Shown one piece after another: positions 51,611 to 64,000 of a stretch of DNA of 64,000 nucleotides. The first letter of the stretch is position 1. The number at the start of each line of letters is the position of its first letter. This stretch comes from Octopus vulgaris. Its lineage: Eukaryota. The stretch lies in contig OX597827.1 in the NCBI GenBank assembly GCA_951406725.2, positions 74,214,001 to 74,278,000 on the forward strand, given 5' to 3'. Made by a program: the position numbers and the translations under genes. The notes under the pieces are model-generated. The model worked only from the letters and a program-made list of their open reading frames with translations. It had not been told where the DNA came from and did no database searches.

Positions 51611-52989
51611 GGTGTCCACGCACTACGTATTTGGAATTTTTAGCTAGCTTCGGTGACTTGCTATCTCTCACTTTCACTGACACACAGGCATTTCGTGGTT
51701 GACTACGATTTACCACGTAATATAAACAGAACCAACTCCCATTTCTAAGCATCCCAATATTGAAAATCAAGTACAAAATAGTGATAAAATTTGACTATAA
51801 AAGTACAAACAATATCTTCCGTTCACTTCATGTCTTGCGCAATAAACGGGAATAGAATCCCTTATAACCTCACCAAAAGGTAATAAATCCGTGTCATAAA
51901 TCTTTAAGGAATGAAGCATACTTTCCTTGACAAGAGTTACTCACCATCCTTATTTGGTAATGAAATACAACGAACCACAAAATACAATACCTAGGAATCC
52001 AGACAAACAAAACATAGAAGTATGACAGAATTGAAAATCCTATTATATATTTGCACATACAATCCCCAAAACAATGAAGCTGATATCATATTTCAAAACA
52101 CACTGTTACGGAAAACGATCCCAGCTTGAACCAAATTTTTTAAGCATATATAATCATAAAAAGCAAAAAGAAAAGCAACCGAATCAACGAAGAAAAGTAA
52201 CAAAGACCAGATTTCAAACAATAACAACAGAACAAACAGTTGAGAAAAAAAAACGGCAAGAACCAACTGTGCTATATTTTATAATCAGACAGATGGGTCA
52301 GAAATACATTTTAAGCAAGGAAACGTTTTCTCAATAAAGGAATAACTTAACCTAATCTATGAAATTGCATGCTCATAATACGGAGAGCATTACAATGGAG
52401 AAATGGGAGAGTCCTTCAGGTAACACCTAACTTTTGATAGATCACAAATTAACATACAGGAATACAGGTAAATAGAACTCCGTAAATATACAGACACATT
52501 TGCAAATAAGACACACCAAACTTACGATTTTCTCAATATGAAATCAGCGATTGTACAACATAATAACAAGGCATCAACAAGGAAACATATTTCGTAACTA
52601 AACATTGATCCAAGAGAGAAAGGGAAACAACTACATCCATTTCTGCTGAAAATCTTCCTGAAGTTTCCAATACACCCATATCTACTACATCCAGAAGCAA
52701 TGAAGCCTATGCTATAGCTAACAGGCACTCCTGCTGCTGCTATGGCATATCAAAAACCAGGAGGAGACGAAATTTCAGCACCCTGTGATTTTTCTAAGAA
52801 AAGTTTGAATGTTTCCGGAACTGAATCCAAGGAATAACGATTTAATTTAATCTGTGTCACTTAATTTTCCCTTTTGTTTCAGTATAATTAAATCGTTTTT
52901 CAAGTAATGCAAATCCATAGCATATTTTCATAAGAATACAATACTAGTTCTATCCACGAGAAAGTCCTTAAAGCATTCATTTCTTGTTA

Positions 52990-53332
52990 TTCATCAAGAG
53001 TCATCTTCGTAGTCATAAAGCGAGATCGATAATTGACGACCAGGCCGCTGCTGGTGGTGCTACACACCATACTAATCATATCTGTCAGGCATGTGGAAGG
53101 GAGTGTAATTCGGCGGAAGGACTTAAACGACATGCAAAAGTACATGAAGCCCAGCTACAACTACAGCCGGCTATTGCCGGTAAAGGTTTTAGCTGTCAAT
53201 TCTGTACAAGATATCGTAGATCTTTAGCTGGGCTAAAATGTCACGTTTGATCACAGTACCGTCAAAAGTTAAGCCTCGTGCAATGGCCATATTCGATAAA
53301 GAGGGGGCAGCCATCATGTATGTATGTATGTA
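52990..53332 (+). mobile_element. LINE (RTE-like) 3' end with C2H2-type fingers and (TGTA)n tail
   Basis: CQACGRECNSAEGLKRHAKVH and CQFC..SLAGLKCH, followed by a short UTR and microsatellite tail; no TGEKP linkers. Confidence 0.6.
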
Positions 53333-53691
53333 TAACTAAGTGTTATAACTCGTCATACATATGCTTCGGAACAAAACGTCAGTTGCGTACAGAGCAGCCA
53401 TTGATGAAGTAAATAAATGAGCGAATAAGAAAATGAATTATGTTCGCGACCTTATTAGCTTACAGCTTTTTTTTTCTATAAGATGTACTGGCATCAAATT
53501 ATAGCTTCATCGGAGCTTCAAAAATTATGTGTATTTTGTTTGGGGAATCATTTCCACATACCCATACACGCACATATAACACACAGAAACACATATACAT
53601 ATTCATTTATATATGCGTATGTGTGAGTGTGTGTGTATGTGTGTGTGTGCGTGTGTGTGCGCGTGTGGGGGTGGGTACCAAAAGCATACGT

Positions 53692-53775
53692 TAGCAAGTG
53701 TCTTCTGCTATAGCTTCGGGCCGACCAAAGCTTTGTGAGTGGATTTGGTAGAGGGAAACTGAAAGAAGCCCATCG

Positions 53776-53866
<91 letters not shown>

Positions 53867-54115
53867 GTGTGTGTGTGTGTGCGTGCACGCGGCGTGTGTA
53901 TGTGTTGTGTATCTGTGTTTGTCCCGCAAACCGATAACCGATGCTGGTGTGTTTAGGTCCCTGTAACTTAGGCAGTTCGGCAAAAGAGACCGATAGAATA
54001 AGTACTAGGCTTACAAAGAATAAGTCCTAGGGTCGATTTGCTCGACTAAAGGTGGTGCTCCAGCATGGCCGCAGTCAAATGGCTGAAACAAGTAAAAGAA
54101 AATGAAAGAAAATAA
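53692..54115 (+). mobile_element. CORE-like SINE, 5'-truncated
   Basis: Body matches the copies at 5815 and 57076. Confidence 0.85.
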
Positions 54116-54399
54116 AAGAAAAACAGTATACCCAGGTTCAAATGCAAACGTCTACCTTCCGGGATGAAGTACCTCTCAATAGTCAGAACTCAACATGCAG
54201 TAATCGGCTGTATCTATTCAATACCAAATAATTTCATCAGTAGTGCTTTCTAGTAAAGTATATTTGCATCTAATCTCAACATCATGTACATTAACAATAT
54301 TACAAATGTCGCATATCACAGCACAATAAAACAAAAGTGGTTCCTAAAAGATTAAGATTCAGAACGTTATCAATGTTGTACTTGACTCGATGAAACTTA

Positions 54400-55930
54400 T
54401 GAATTCAGAGTGCGAAACAATAAACAGTTCTGCAAAATGAGGAAATATTTGTATTCATCGAATTAGAAGAGAGATTGTACAGAAATAATTAATGTTCTCT
54501 TTGGTCGATAGAAATTGCCTTAGTATCTGGTAATGTCAGAGAGAAAGGAGAGATTGTCAAAAATATCTTCACCTGCAAAGTCCACATCAGCAACATAGTT
54601 GATTTGGTCTGCCGTGGAAGCTCTTCGTTTTAAACATCTTTCAATTCAAGATAGAAACAACATGGTTTCCATATAAGGTACTATTGCTTCTTAATAAACA
54701 AAAATAACACGAGAATCGAGATCTCGCAAAATGTAATTTCAAAAATATTGAAGAATGGCTCCCACTACAAGGCTTACACCAAGACTCTTAGAATATATTC
54801 CCTCCAACACTTCCACAAATACTACATATTTTCATCGGCATTTCAGAAATGACGTCATCATTCCCCAAAAATCCGGTTGCAAACGACTGGCATTTTTCGA
54901 AAATTGATTTCGCTGCACATAACATCATTGTAACATTTTAACTAGTCTGGTCCTCTTCTGCTCTCATCATTTCTGATAAGTGGATGACTGATTGCTTATA
55001 TCTTATGGTAGAAAACATGGACAAGCTAACTGAATTTTAAAACATGTAAAACAGCGTAAGCAATAACATCCAATTCACAATGGAATTTAACCCCAAATAA
55101 CTCGCCTTTCTTGTTATCCAACTCTCAAACAAATATGGGAAAATAGAAACAGGTATATTCTACAAACCCATTGACTCCAATCAATACCTTCTTTTCACAT
55201 CATGTCACCCGAAACAAACCAAAGTCAACATTCCCTTCAACCTGGCAAAATGAAGTTGTACCTTGGTATAAGAACCATCGAAACATGAACATAAACTAGC
55301 AGAACTGAAGGTCACACTTATCCAAAGAGCCTTCCCTCGTGGCAAAATGACCAACGGAATAAACAAGGCAACACAAATGAATATTTGATATATTTGATCA
55401 CATCCACAAAAAAACTCCCCATTTTATTTGCAGATGAAAAAATGAGAAAATTCTGAGAAAAACAACAAATCATCAAAAGCAAACAGCAGCCCAAAACACT
55501 AAAACTCATTCTCACTGGAGGAAAAGCGCGCAAAGAAACCCCCAACCCAACGGTCACCAAATGCAGGAAGAATGAACTACGTTACTAACCGTTACGTTAT
55601 TTAGGGGCCAGAATTTAAATACAAAGACGGCCAAACCTTCAAAGTTAAATCCAATCTCACCTGCAACACAGAAAACCTGATCTACATTGGTTGCTAACGT
55701 AATTAGGTAGGTCAGACGGGAGGATCGTTACGCAACAGAATGACGGCTCATCACCAATAGATCGGCGACAAAATCACGAAGAAAATTAATTCAAGTAGTT
55801 ACATTGCAACCTGTGCAGGAATGGAATTACCCGATTTCAAAGTCTTTCCCCTCTACAAGTGCTCAGATTGTTTCAACCAATAACGAAGACTAAAGGCAAT
55901 TTATTAACATAAGCCACAATTGAATATAAA
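54400..55930 (+). mobile_element. Decayed Penelope-like element (RT thumb plus GIY-YIG)
   Basis: FYKPIDSNQYLLFTSCHPKQTKVNIPFNLA; NLTCNTENLIY...VGQTGGSLRNRMTAH. Confidence 0.75.
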
Positions 55931-55956
55931 CCCATCAATTAATAATCAATAAATCA

Positions 55957-56320
55957 CTGGTGTGGCTATGTGGTAAACAAAAACTTGCTTTCCAACCACA
56001 TTGTTCCGGGTTCAGTTCCTCTCCGTGGCACCTTGGGTAAATATCTTCTACTATAGCCACAGGTCAACCAAAGACTTGTCAGTGAATTTGATTGACGGAA
56101 ACTGAAAGAAGCCTGTCGTATATACATACACGTATATATTTGTGTGTTTGTGTCCGTGCTTGTCCCCGCACCATCGCTGAACAACCGATCTTAGTGTATT
56201 TACGTCCTCGTAACTTAACGTTTAGGCAAAAGTGGCCGATAGAATAAGTACCAGGCTTACAAAGAATAAGTGCTGGGGTCGATTTCTTTGACTAAAAGAC
56301 GGTGCTGCAGCATGGCCATT
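55957..56320 (+). mobile_element. CORE-like SINE
   Basis: GTGGCTATGTGGTAA head, GGGTTCAGT B box, same body. Confidence 0.8.
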
Positions 56321-57075
56321 TCACTGTTTCATATTCCCATTCCCATTACATATCCCCGTTCCCATTACACTGTTTCATATTCTGTCCCGTTCCCTGTTCA
56401 GTTCTCGTTTTAGTTTCACTCCCATTCCCGTTCCCAATCCTATGTCAATATACATATTTTAGAATCAGTTAGGTGCAATTAAGCCATTAAATATTTTATT
56501 AACCTTTATTGTAATAGTTTAATCACTAAAAATTTCTATTACAAACTATTAATACGATTACTGGGTGAATAAGGTATGTCTGAGTATTATTTTAACACAA
56601 GGATATGTATCTGAGTAAAATAAATGAGTTGGCCGGTAATACCGGGAAAGCGGGGATTGTTCCCATTTCTCGTTTACCATCACTCTTCCATGCCCTCTCC
56701 AGTTTCCTGTTCAATTCGCTTCTTCAGGACCAAACCGTTGTCTATGGCAATAGTTTATTGCTAAAAATAGTATTACAAACAATTAATTCCATTAGTCGGG
56801 GCGTAAGAACTGTCCCTATATTATTTTTAAATAAACGAATATGCATCTGAGTAAAATAAATAATATAAATTGATAGATTTACAAATACTTTGACAAATCG
56901 TCTTCGTATTGTAGCAGGCGTGGTCGCGTGTCATAGCTTATCATAGCTGATTAGTAAGCATGTGCTAGAGCTCTACCCTAGGGACATCAATTATAGATTT
57001 TTATTGAAATCTGATTCCCTATAATTCAACTGAATGTTAGTTTAACAGGGATGCACAGTACATTAAATATGTGTA

Positions 57076-57580
57076 GGCGCAGGAGTGGCTGTGTGGTAAG
57101 TAGCTTGCTTACCAACCACATGGTTCCGGGTTCAGTCACACTGCGTGGCACCTTGGCCAAGTGTCTTCTGTTATAGCCTCGGGCAGACAAAGCCTTGTGA
57201 GTGAGTTTGGTAGAAGCAAACTGAAAGAAGCCTCCCGTATATATGTATGTGTATATATATATATGAGTGTGTGTGTAGGTGTGTGGGTGCGCGCGTGTGT
57301 GTGAGTGTGTGTGTGTGTGTGGGTGCGCGCGTGTGAGTGAGTGTGTGTGTGTGTTTGTATATCTGTGTTTGTTCCCTCAACATTGCTTGACAACTGATGC
57401 TGGTGTGTTTAGATCCCCGTAACTTATCGGTTCGGCAAAAGAGACCGATAGAATAAGTACTAGGCTTACAACGAATAAGTCCTGGGGTCGATTTATTTGC
57501 TCGACTAAAGGCGGTGCTCCAGTATAGCTGCAGTCAAATGACTGAAACAAGTAAAATAAAAGAGTTAAAGAGAAAAAGAG
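57076..57580 (+). mobile_element. CORE-like SINE, full length
   Basis: GGCGCAGGAGTGGCTGTGTGGTAAG head, GGTTCAGTC, internal microsatellite, A-rich tail. Confidence 0.88.
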
Positions 57581-57719
57581 ATCACTTTAGAATAAAGACC
57601 TGTATATTATAAATAACATATATTGTGCATTTCAGTTGATTTATAGGCAAAATATTCCAAATTAAAATTTTGGTACTTTTTGAGCAAAATTTGATACTTT
57701 GATACTGGCAGTTTCATCA

Positions 57720-57930
57720 AAAGAAGTTTGACAGATCTGATTGAATGAAGAAATTTACAGAGTGCAACGAAAGGATAGCGGAACGTTTAAGCACATTAAT
57801 TGAAAACCACACAGAACTCCCAGGTTCGTTGACCAGAGGCAAAATAATGTTGTGCCAGGAAGAAGCATCAACGGAAAACACTGTCGACAACTTCAAACTA
57901 ATAACTTGTCTGTCCATCATGTGAAAGCTG
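57720..57930 (+). mobile_element. Short non-LTR RT fragment
   Basis: LTRGKIMLCQE...DNFKLITCLSIM resembles the RT N-terminal NYRPITCL motif. Confidence 0.5.
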
Positions 57931-58433
57931 TTAAGAGGAATACTATATATAAATCAAAGGCAGAACAAAAAGAACATAACAGGTGGAATCGAAGAAAACA
58001 CAACATGCCAAAAATAGACGATAACATAACATGAGTGATACCATAGACAATAACATAAAAAGATGTAAACAGGACGGAATCAAGATAGACGGGCCATTCG
58101 CAGCAAAGTTCCTCATCAGTCGGTTTCTTAAAGGTCATTATAGATTCGCACCGCTTTAATACCGAGACTATTCGAATCCAACAAGGTGCCAGGGACTTAA
58201 AGGAAAAGCATTAAGCCTCCAGGAAAATCAAACGAATGTATACATCAACAAAACAAAAGCAGAGAAAATGATGGTACATTACAATACGAAAATATAAATA
58301 ACAGAGAGAGTCTCTCTACTATCGGACGAATGTAACATTATAAAAACTGCAAGTGCAACAGAAACAGAATTATACATTTAAAATGGACAGGCGCCTTTCA
58401 GCTATACAATAGAAGAAAAATAATTGTCATATA

Positions 58434-58724
58434 TATTTCTTTATTGCCCTCAAGGGGCTAAACATAGAGGGGACAAACAAGGACAGACAAAGGGATTAAG
58501 TCGATTACATCGACCCCAGTGCGAAACTGGTACTTTGTTTATCGACCCCGAAACGATGAAAGGTAAAGTCGACCTCGGCGGAATTTGAACTCAGAACGTA
58601 GCGGCAGAGGAAATACCGCTAAGCATTTCGCCCGACGTGCTAACGATTCTGCCAGTTCGCCGCCTTAAAAGGTTAGGTTTTTTTAATTATTCCGACGCTC
58701 TAACGATTCTGCCAGTTTCTCGTC
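58434..58724 (-). mobile_element. SINE (second family) with extra partial head, 16-bp TSD
   Basis: TSD AAATAATTGTCATATA at 58418 and 58725; body closely matches 32410-32640. Confidence 0.9.
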
Positions 58725-59915
58725 AAATAATTGTCATATAAATAAATAACAAAAACGCTCTTATGTATGTGTATAAGCATGTATGTATGTTTCGCAGAAT
58801 ATTACGAGACTGAAAACAGCATCGCACTCCAGTATCTGCTTTGGCATGTATTCTATGATTGGTTGTCCCGCTTTGTACCAAGCAATTTATAATGTACTGG
58901 GTTCTTTTTTGGGTGGGGATACAGTATTGAGGGATGTGGTTTCTGTCAGATGCTCAGAGGTATGATAACGGACAGGAACGAGTGTCTTGATGTAGGAGAG
59001 ATATTTTGCTACCCCTAATGAAAACGAAGGAAGAAATTATGGTGATGAGGAATTAAGGGTTATCCTCAAGGAACAAGCAAGAATAGAGACAGAAATTCAG
59101 AAAGTGTAGGCAAGTAATGGTAAGTTAGCAACTCTGTGAAAAGAGAATGACAAATGGTTAGTGATGGAGAGAGAGGTGGATCCGGTGAGTGTGGAAAACG
59201 TGCAAGCATCGTCAAGGCTGAATATCAGTTGGGGGGGGGGGGGATGAAGGGATTAGGAGAGGATGAGTGAAGAGAAGGAGGAGGAGGAGGAGGAGAAGAT
59301 AAGTGATAGAACCAAGTAAAGATGGTGGAAAGCAATAGTATAATGAAACCGGGGATAGATGAGATGTAGGGTGGTTTTATGATGTATGGGGCTTTCGGAG
59401 TCTGAGTTCAGCAGGACGTAGGGATGGAAATTGCGTATATGTGTGTTTGTGTGTGTTATGTATATATGGGTGTATGTGATGTCACGTGCGTGTGTGTATT
59501 TCAAGAATGTGTTAAATATTATTTGTCAGTATACAATAATAGTGTAACATCTTTTCTTTTATAGGATTTAAACTGTTGTTTTATGGAAACAAGATTATTT
59601 ATGTTATGCTGTTCTGCATATCTCAAACTGTCTTATATTAATAAAGTCTAAAAGGGGTTCCAATTTTTATATATTTCTTACATATTTATGCCTTAATATC
59701 ATTGCGCGTCTTGGTAAAACTTAGTTAATCAGAATAAAAATGTTGGGAAAGAAACTCACGCTTTAAACAATTGTACTTATTATCAGAAATGCGTAGCTGT
59801 ATGTTCGGACAACTCACTTTGAATGAAATTGTAATTTAAATAGTGTATATCAGAATGTAATCTCCAGCAATCCTGCTATTATTTTACTTAAATTTTTAAC
59901 AATCATTTTACTTAC

Positions 59916-60068
59916 GCTTTTGACAATATGGCTCTTTAAATCCAGGTAAGCATCCATTTTCACATTTACTAAGGATTTGGAACTGACAGTCACTAAGGTG
60001 TTTACAGTTACATTGGTATTTCTGGACTTTCCCAAACGAGTCAACTTTCTCATAATCTTTACAACTGT
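59916..60068 (-). CDS. Host gene exon (most 5' exon found): Cys-rich EGF-like module
   Basis: ttttcAG acceptor and GTAAG donor; 153 nt, phase 1-1; DSCKDYEKVDSFGKVQKYQCNCKHLSDCQFQILSKCENGCLPGFKEPYCQK. Confidence 0.85.
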
Positions 60069-61190
60069 CTGAAAACAAATAATATATCAACATTATTAAA
60101 ACATTTCTTTGAGTAATTCTCTTAATACATAATATTGATTCGTTAATATTAGATAGTATCTAATTTATATAAAAAGCTATAGATTAAGATAGCGTTATGA
60201 TTTATACACTGTAAAGAGCATTAGCAATTTCAGTGATGAGAAATGAATTAATCCGTATATTAGGATCGGTTGGCAAACAGTTTGCTTCTACGCTGCTCCA
60301 TTGTCTGCCCTGAACATTAATTTATTATATATCGCATAATTTCGGTGTAAGACATACAACACAATTGATTAGTGATTAAAACAACAGATTCTCAAGTTTA
60401 TTTACGCATATATTTTCTTCACATCTATTGACGCATTTTTAATGCCATTGTTGTTATTTAGCCATCACTCAGCATTCATTCCGTGGACCAATGATCAAAG
60501 ATTTTACACCCATGTCTATCTTGTTTCCACTTTATCCAGTGTGTTTCTTTCTCAGAACAATGAGAAAATGGGTGCCTTTAACCATTGCAGACTTTCAGGT
60601 TTTTCATTTTTATCATATATTCTTGAATTATTGAAGTTTGCAAATATTTGTGAGTCCTTCCATTTGGTATCTTTTCTCACTGAAAAGCCGCTGGGAAGTA
60701 CCTAGTAGTACTGGGATAATTTAAAGATATAACATTCATAGAAGAGAATACACACACGTATATATTTTTAAAGTTTTGTTGAGAACTTGACATTGCAGAA
60801 AACAACTTGTCAACTTTTACTGCGTGGAGAATAAATCTTTCACAATGTTCAAAACTGAGGTCCATTATAAATTTTATACTCTAAAATACACACTTATATT
60901 CATAAGCAGGTATATATATATATATATACATGAAACAAATGGAAAACAAGAGATACACCATAGAGCGACCCTTCATCAGTTATCGGCCGTTTCTCTCTCT
61001 CTTTCTCACTCTATCTATCTGTCTATATATATATATATATATATATGAATAGCCGACAACTGATGAAGGGTCGCTCTTTATGTTGTTTGTCTTGTTTTCC
61101 ATTTGTTTCTTTTGTTGTCCGCAAAAAAGTTCATATTCCGTGTATTCGTATTTCGGATATTTTGTTGTTTACGTTTTGTGACGTCCTGTG

Positions 61191-61290
61191 NNNNNNNNNN
61201 NNNNNNNNNNNNNNNNNNNNNNNNNNNNNNNNNNNNNNNNNNNNNNNNNNNNNNNNNNNNNNNNNNNNNNNNNNNNNNNNNNNNNNNNNN
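61191..61290. other. Assembly gap (100 N)
   Basis: N run; sequence on either side belongs to different repeats. Confidence 1.
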
Positions 61291-62071
61291 ATTTGCATAT
61301 GCAAAAGGTGTCTACCAGATGGATTTCCAGGTTGCTCACACCTTTCCAGAAGCAAGAACGCGTTGAGTGCTCGAGGATGAATTTGGAGATGTGCCAAGAA
61401 GATGAGTCAAAATTTTTCAAAAGACTGATCACACAGGATAAAACCTGGGTCCATCACTATGATCCATAGATCAAAGCCCAGTCAATGCAGTGAAAGCACC
61501 GTGACTCACCTCCTCCAAAGAAGGCAAGGGTGCAGCCCTCCGCTGACAAGGTTATGCTCACAGTCTTCTGGGACCAGGACGGAGTAGTGATGACAGATTT
61601 CCTGGCAAAGGGTACCACAATTACAGGAGCCTATTATGCTTCACTTTTTGAGGAAATTAAGAGAAGCTATCAAAATCAAGAGGCGGGGCAAGATCAGCAA
61701 AGGCATCCTCCTCCTGCAGGACAACGCTCCGGTCCACAACTCGCGTGTCGCCAGATCAGAAGCACAGGCGTGCAGCTATGAACTCCTACCCTTGCACCCT
61801 CTAATTTTCACCTCTTCCCAGCCATGAAGTTGATTTTGAAAGGAAAGCGTTTCCCAGATGATGCAGCTTTGATTTCTGAAGTCACGTCGTGGTTGGAGGA
61901 CCAAGCTGGGGTCTTCTACAAACACGGTCTCCAGAGCTGTATCAAACGATGGGAGAAATGCATAACTCTGGGTAGTTCCTATGTAGGAAAAAGACTAATA
62001 ACTGTGCCAAGTGTCGTTGCTCTACTGCTATGGGAAGTGGGTCAGGGGCATTACTTATTGAACGCCCCTCG
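61291..62071 (+). mobile_element. Mariner-like transposon, 5' end lost in the assembly gap
   Basis: ITQDKTWVHHYDP, KVMLTVFWD, LLQDNAPVH; ends CCCCTCG-TA; stops and frameshifts. Confidence 0.9.
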
Positions 62072-62455
62072 TATATGTATAAGGTTATATTTGCATGTAT
62101 GTATCTAAGATGTTGTAGCCATTCCCCGTTAGACGTTGGTAAGAGGGACAAACGCACGCGCACGCACACACGCACACGCACATATATATATGTGTGTGTG
62201 TCTATATAAATATATACGTATGTACAAATACAACCTTCAACAAGGTAACAGTCATGTATATAACTCGAACAGACGCATATCACTACATGAACATACATTC
62301 ACATGTACATACATATGTACACACACAGACATGTCTACACTCTCCTAAATACACAAATACATACGTAAGTACATAAGAACATACATACATGCGTATAGGC
62401 ATGCACATATGCATACGCACATACATGTACACACATACATACATACGCACATACA

Positions 62456-62489
<34 letters not shown>

Positions 62490-62492
62490 CAT

Positions 62493-62575
<83 letters not shown>

Positions 62576-62760
62576 TACATATATATCATGAACTGACTGT
62601 TACTTTCTCAGATGCAGCACGGAGTTTTGTCAGTGAACAGGTCGCGGTCTCAAAGCAACGAAAATATTTTCACAAATCAATTTTAAATGTTTAAGTGAAT
62701 CTAACGGGTTTTGTGTATTTCTTTAATGGCTTATAAACACCTTCTACGCTGCGATTGTTT

Positions 62761-62847
<87 letters not shown>

Positions 62848-63050
62848 TTTTTTCCTTGCGGCTGGCCAGATTGGAGGTATCTCGAGTATAACCTGCCGAA
62901 ATTACAAAGATAATCTGAAACTCGACTGAGGGAAAAAAACTCCCAATGACCCGTCTTTGTTTTCTTTGTATAATCTATTTGGATACTTTGTTGTCCCTTT
63001 TTTGTATCACCTAACAGTCTGGTTGTTTTGCGTTCTTGTCCCATTTTGTA

Positions 63051-63097
<47 letters not shown>

Positions 63098-63510
63098 TAC
63101 ATATAATACAAGATGGGACAAGAACGCAAAAATTAGATCCTGTCATGCCTTACTACACAATTCATCTAACGGTGATTTTTCTGTCTATCTTGCAACTGTG
63201 GTACTGCTCGCTCAGGTGATGTGATATTTATTCCCAATTTTTCATATGGTATGGCAACAACGGTCACTTAGGAGTGCATCCTCCTCCCGTACCTTCCGTC
63301 AACCCTCCCTCCCTCACCTCTCCCTAATCCCTCCTTTATTCACCATCACCCCTCCTCATCTTCTTTAACCTATTTCACTTCGCCTGCAACAAACTGATAT
63401 TCGTATCAAATTCCTTCTTTGAACATCTATGAAACTGCTGACACACAAAAGTGCAGTTGAATTAATCGCACTTTATATCTTAAAGGTACGCCATCAACAT
63501 CACTCTCTCC

Positions 63511-63593
<83 letters not shown>

Positions 63594-64000
63594 ACCAGCG
63601 GATGAAGCCATGTAATCACATCTTCAGCAAGATACCTATTCCTGTCTCTCTACCATACTTTTATATGCCTCAATACCGTACCCCATTTTGCTGAAGGTTC
63701 TTGCCTTGGAAAACTTGGTGACATCACTAGTGCTGGTGCAACGACAAAAGCGCTCTGTGCACACTGTAAAGTGTTTCATGTTAATAAGAGCATCCAGCTA
63801 CAGAAACCCTGCCAAAGCAGACACAATAGCTTGGCGCAGTCCTCTGCTCTCGTTGGGACACCTAGAACCTCACAACGGCTACCCACATACAGAACGGATG
63901 TCAAATGGTGATGATGATGATGAAACCTAGTCTCATTGAAATGAAGTTTTTAACATGGATATTATAGCCTACCCGTTAGTTCAATCGATTTCTGTGTCTT

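Noticed and set aside
52984-53250. Host C2H2 zinc-finger gene
   Set aside because: No TGEKP linkers, abrupt 5' truncation and a microsatellite tail point to a LINE 3' end.

Overview
This is eukaryotic, AT-rich, repeat-dense DNA. The SINE and microsatellite landscape suggests a cephalopod (Octopus-like) genome, which is my inference and not a database result. The window lies inside one large minus-strand gene. I can read seven exons (60068 down to 1271), all GT-AG and all symmetric phase 1. They encode EGF-like / diverged F5/8C-like / EGF-like / F-type lectin / EGF-like modules of a MEGF- or receptor-PTP-like ectodomain; no start or stop codon was identified. The introns are packed with transposons. 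The main one is a near-intact 6.1-kb autonomous Helitron (26258-32399, one frameshift), nested four layers deep, whose exact empty site is preserved in a neighbouring SINE target-site duplication. Other elements are older Helitron pieces, Penelope-like elements with hammerhead-ribozyme-like motifs, CR1, RTE and Tx1 LINE fragments, mariner, Tigger and hAT elements, a probable solo LTR and several tRNA-derived SINE families. Most short ORFs in the track are microsatellite or antisense artefacts. I did not find a clearly new system. The best leads are the hammerhead variants, the non-canonical lectin with an intronic exon copy whose changes are all nonsynonymous, and the young Helitron.
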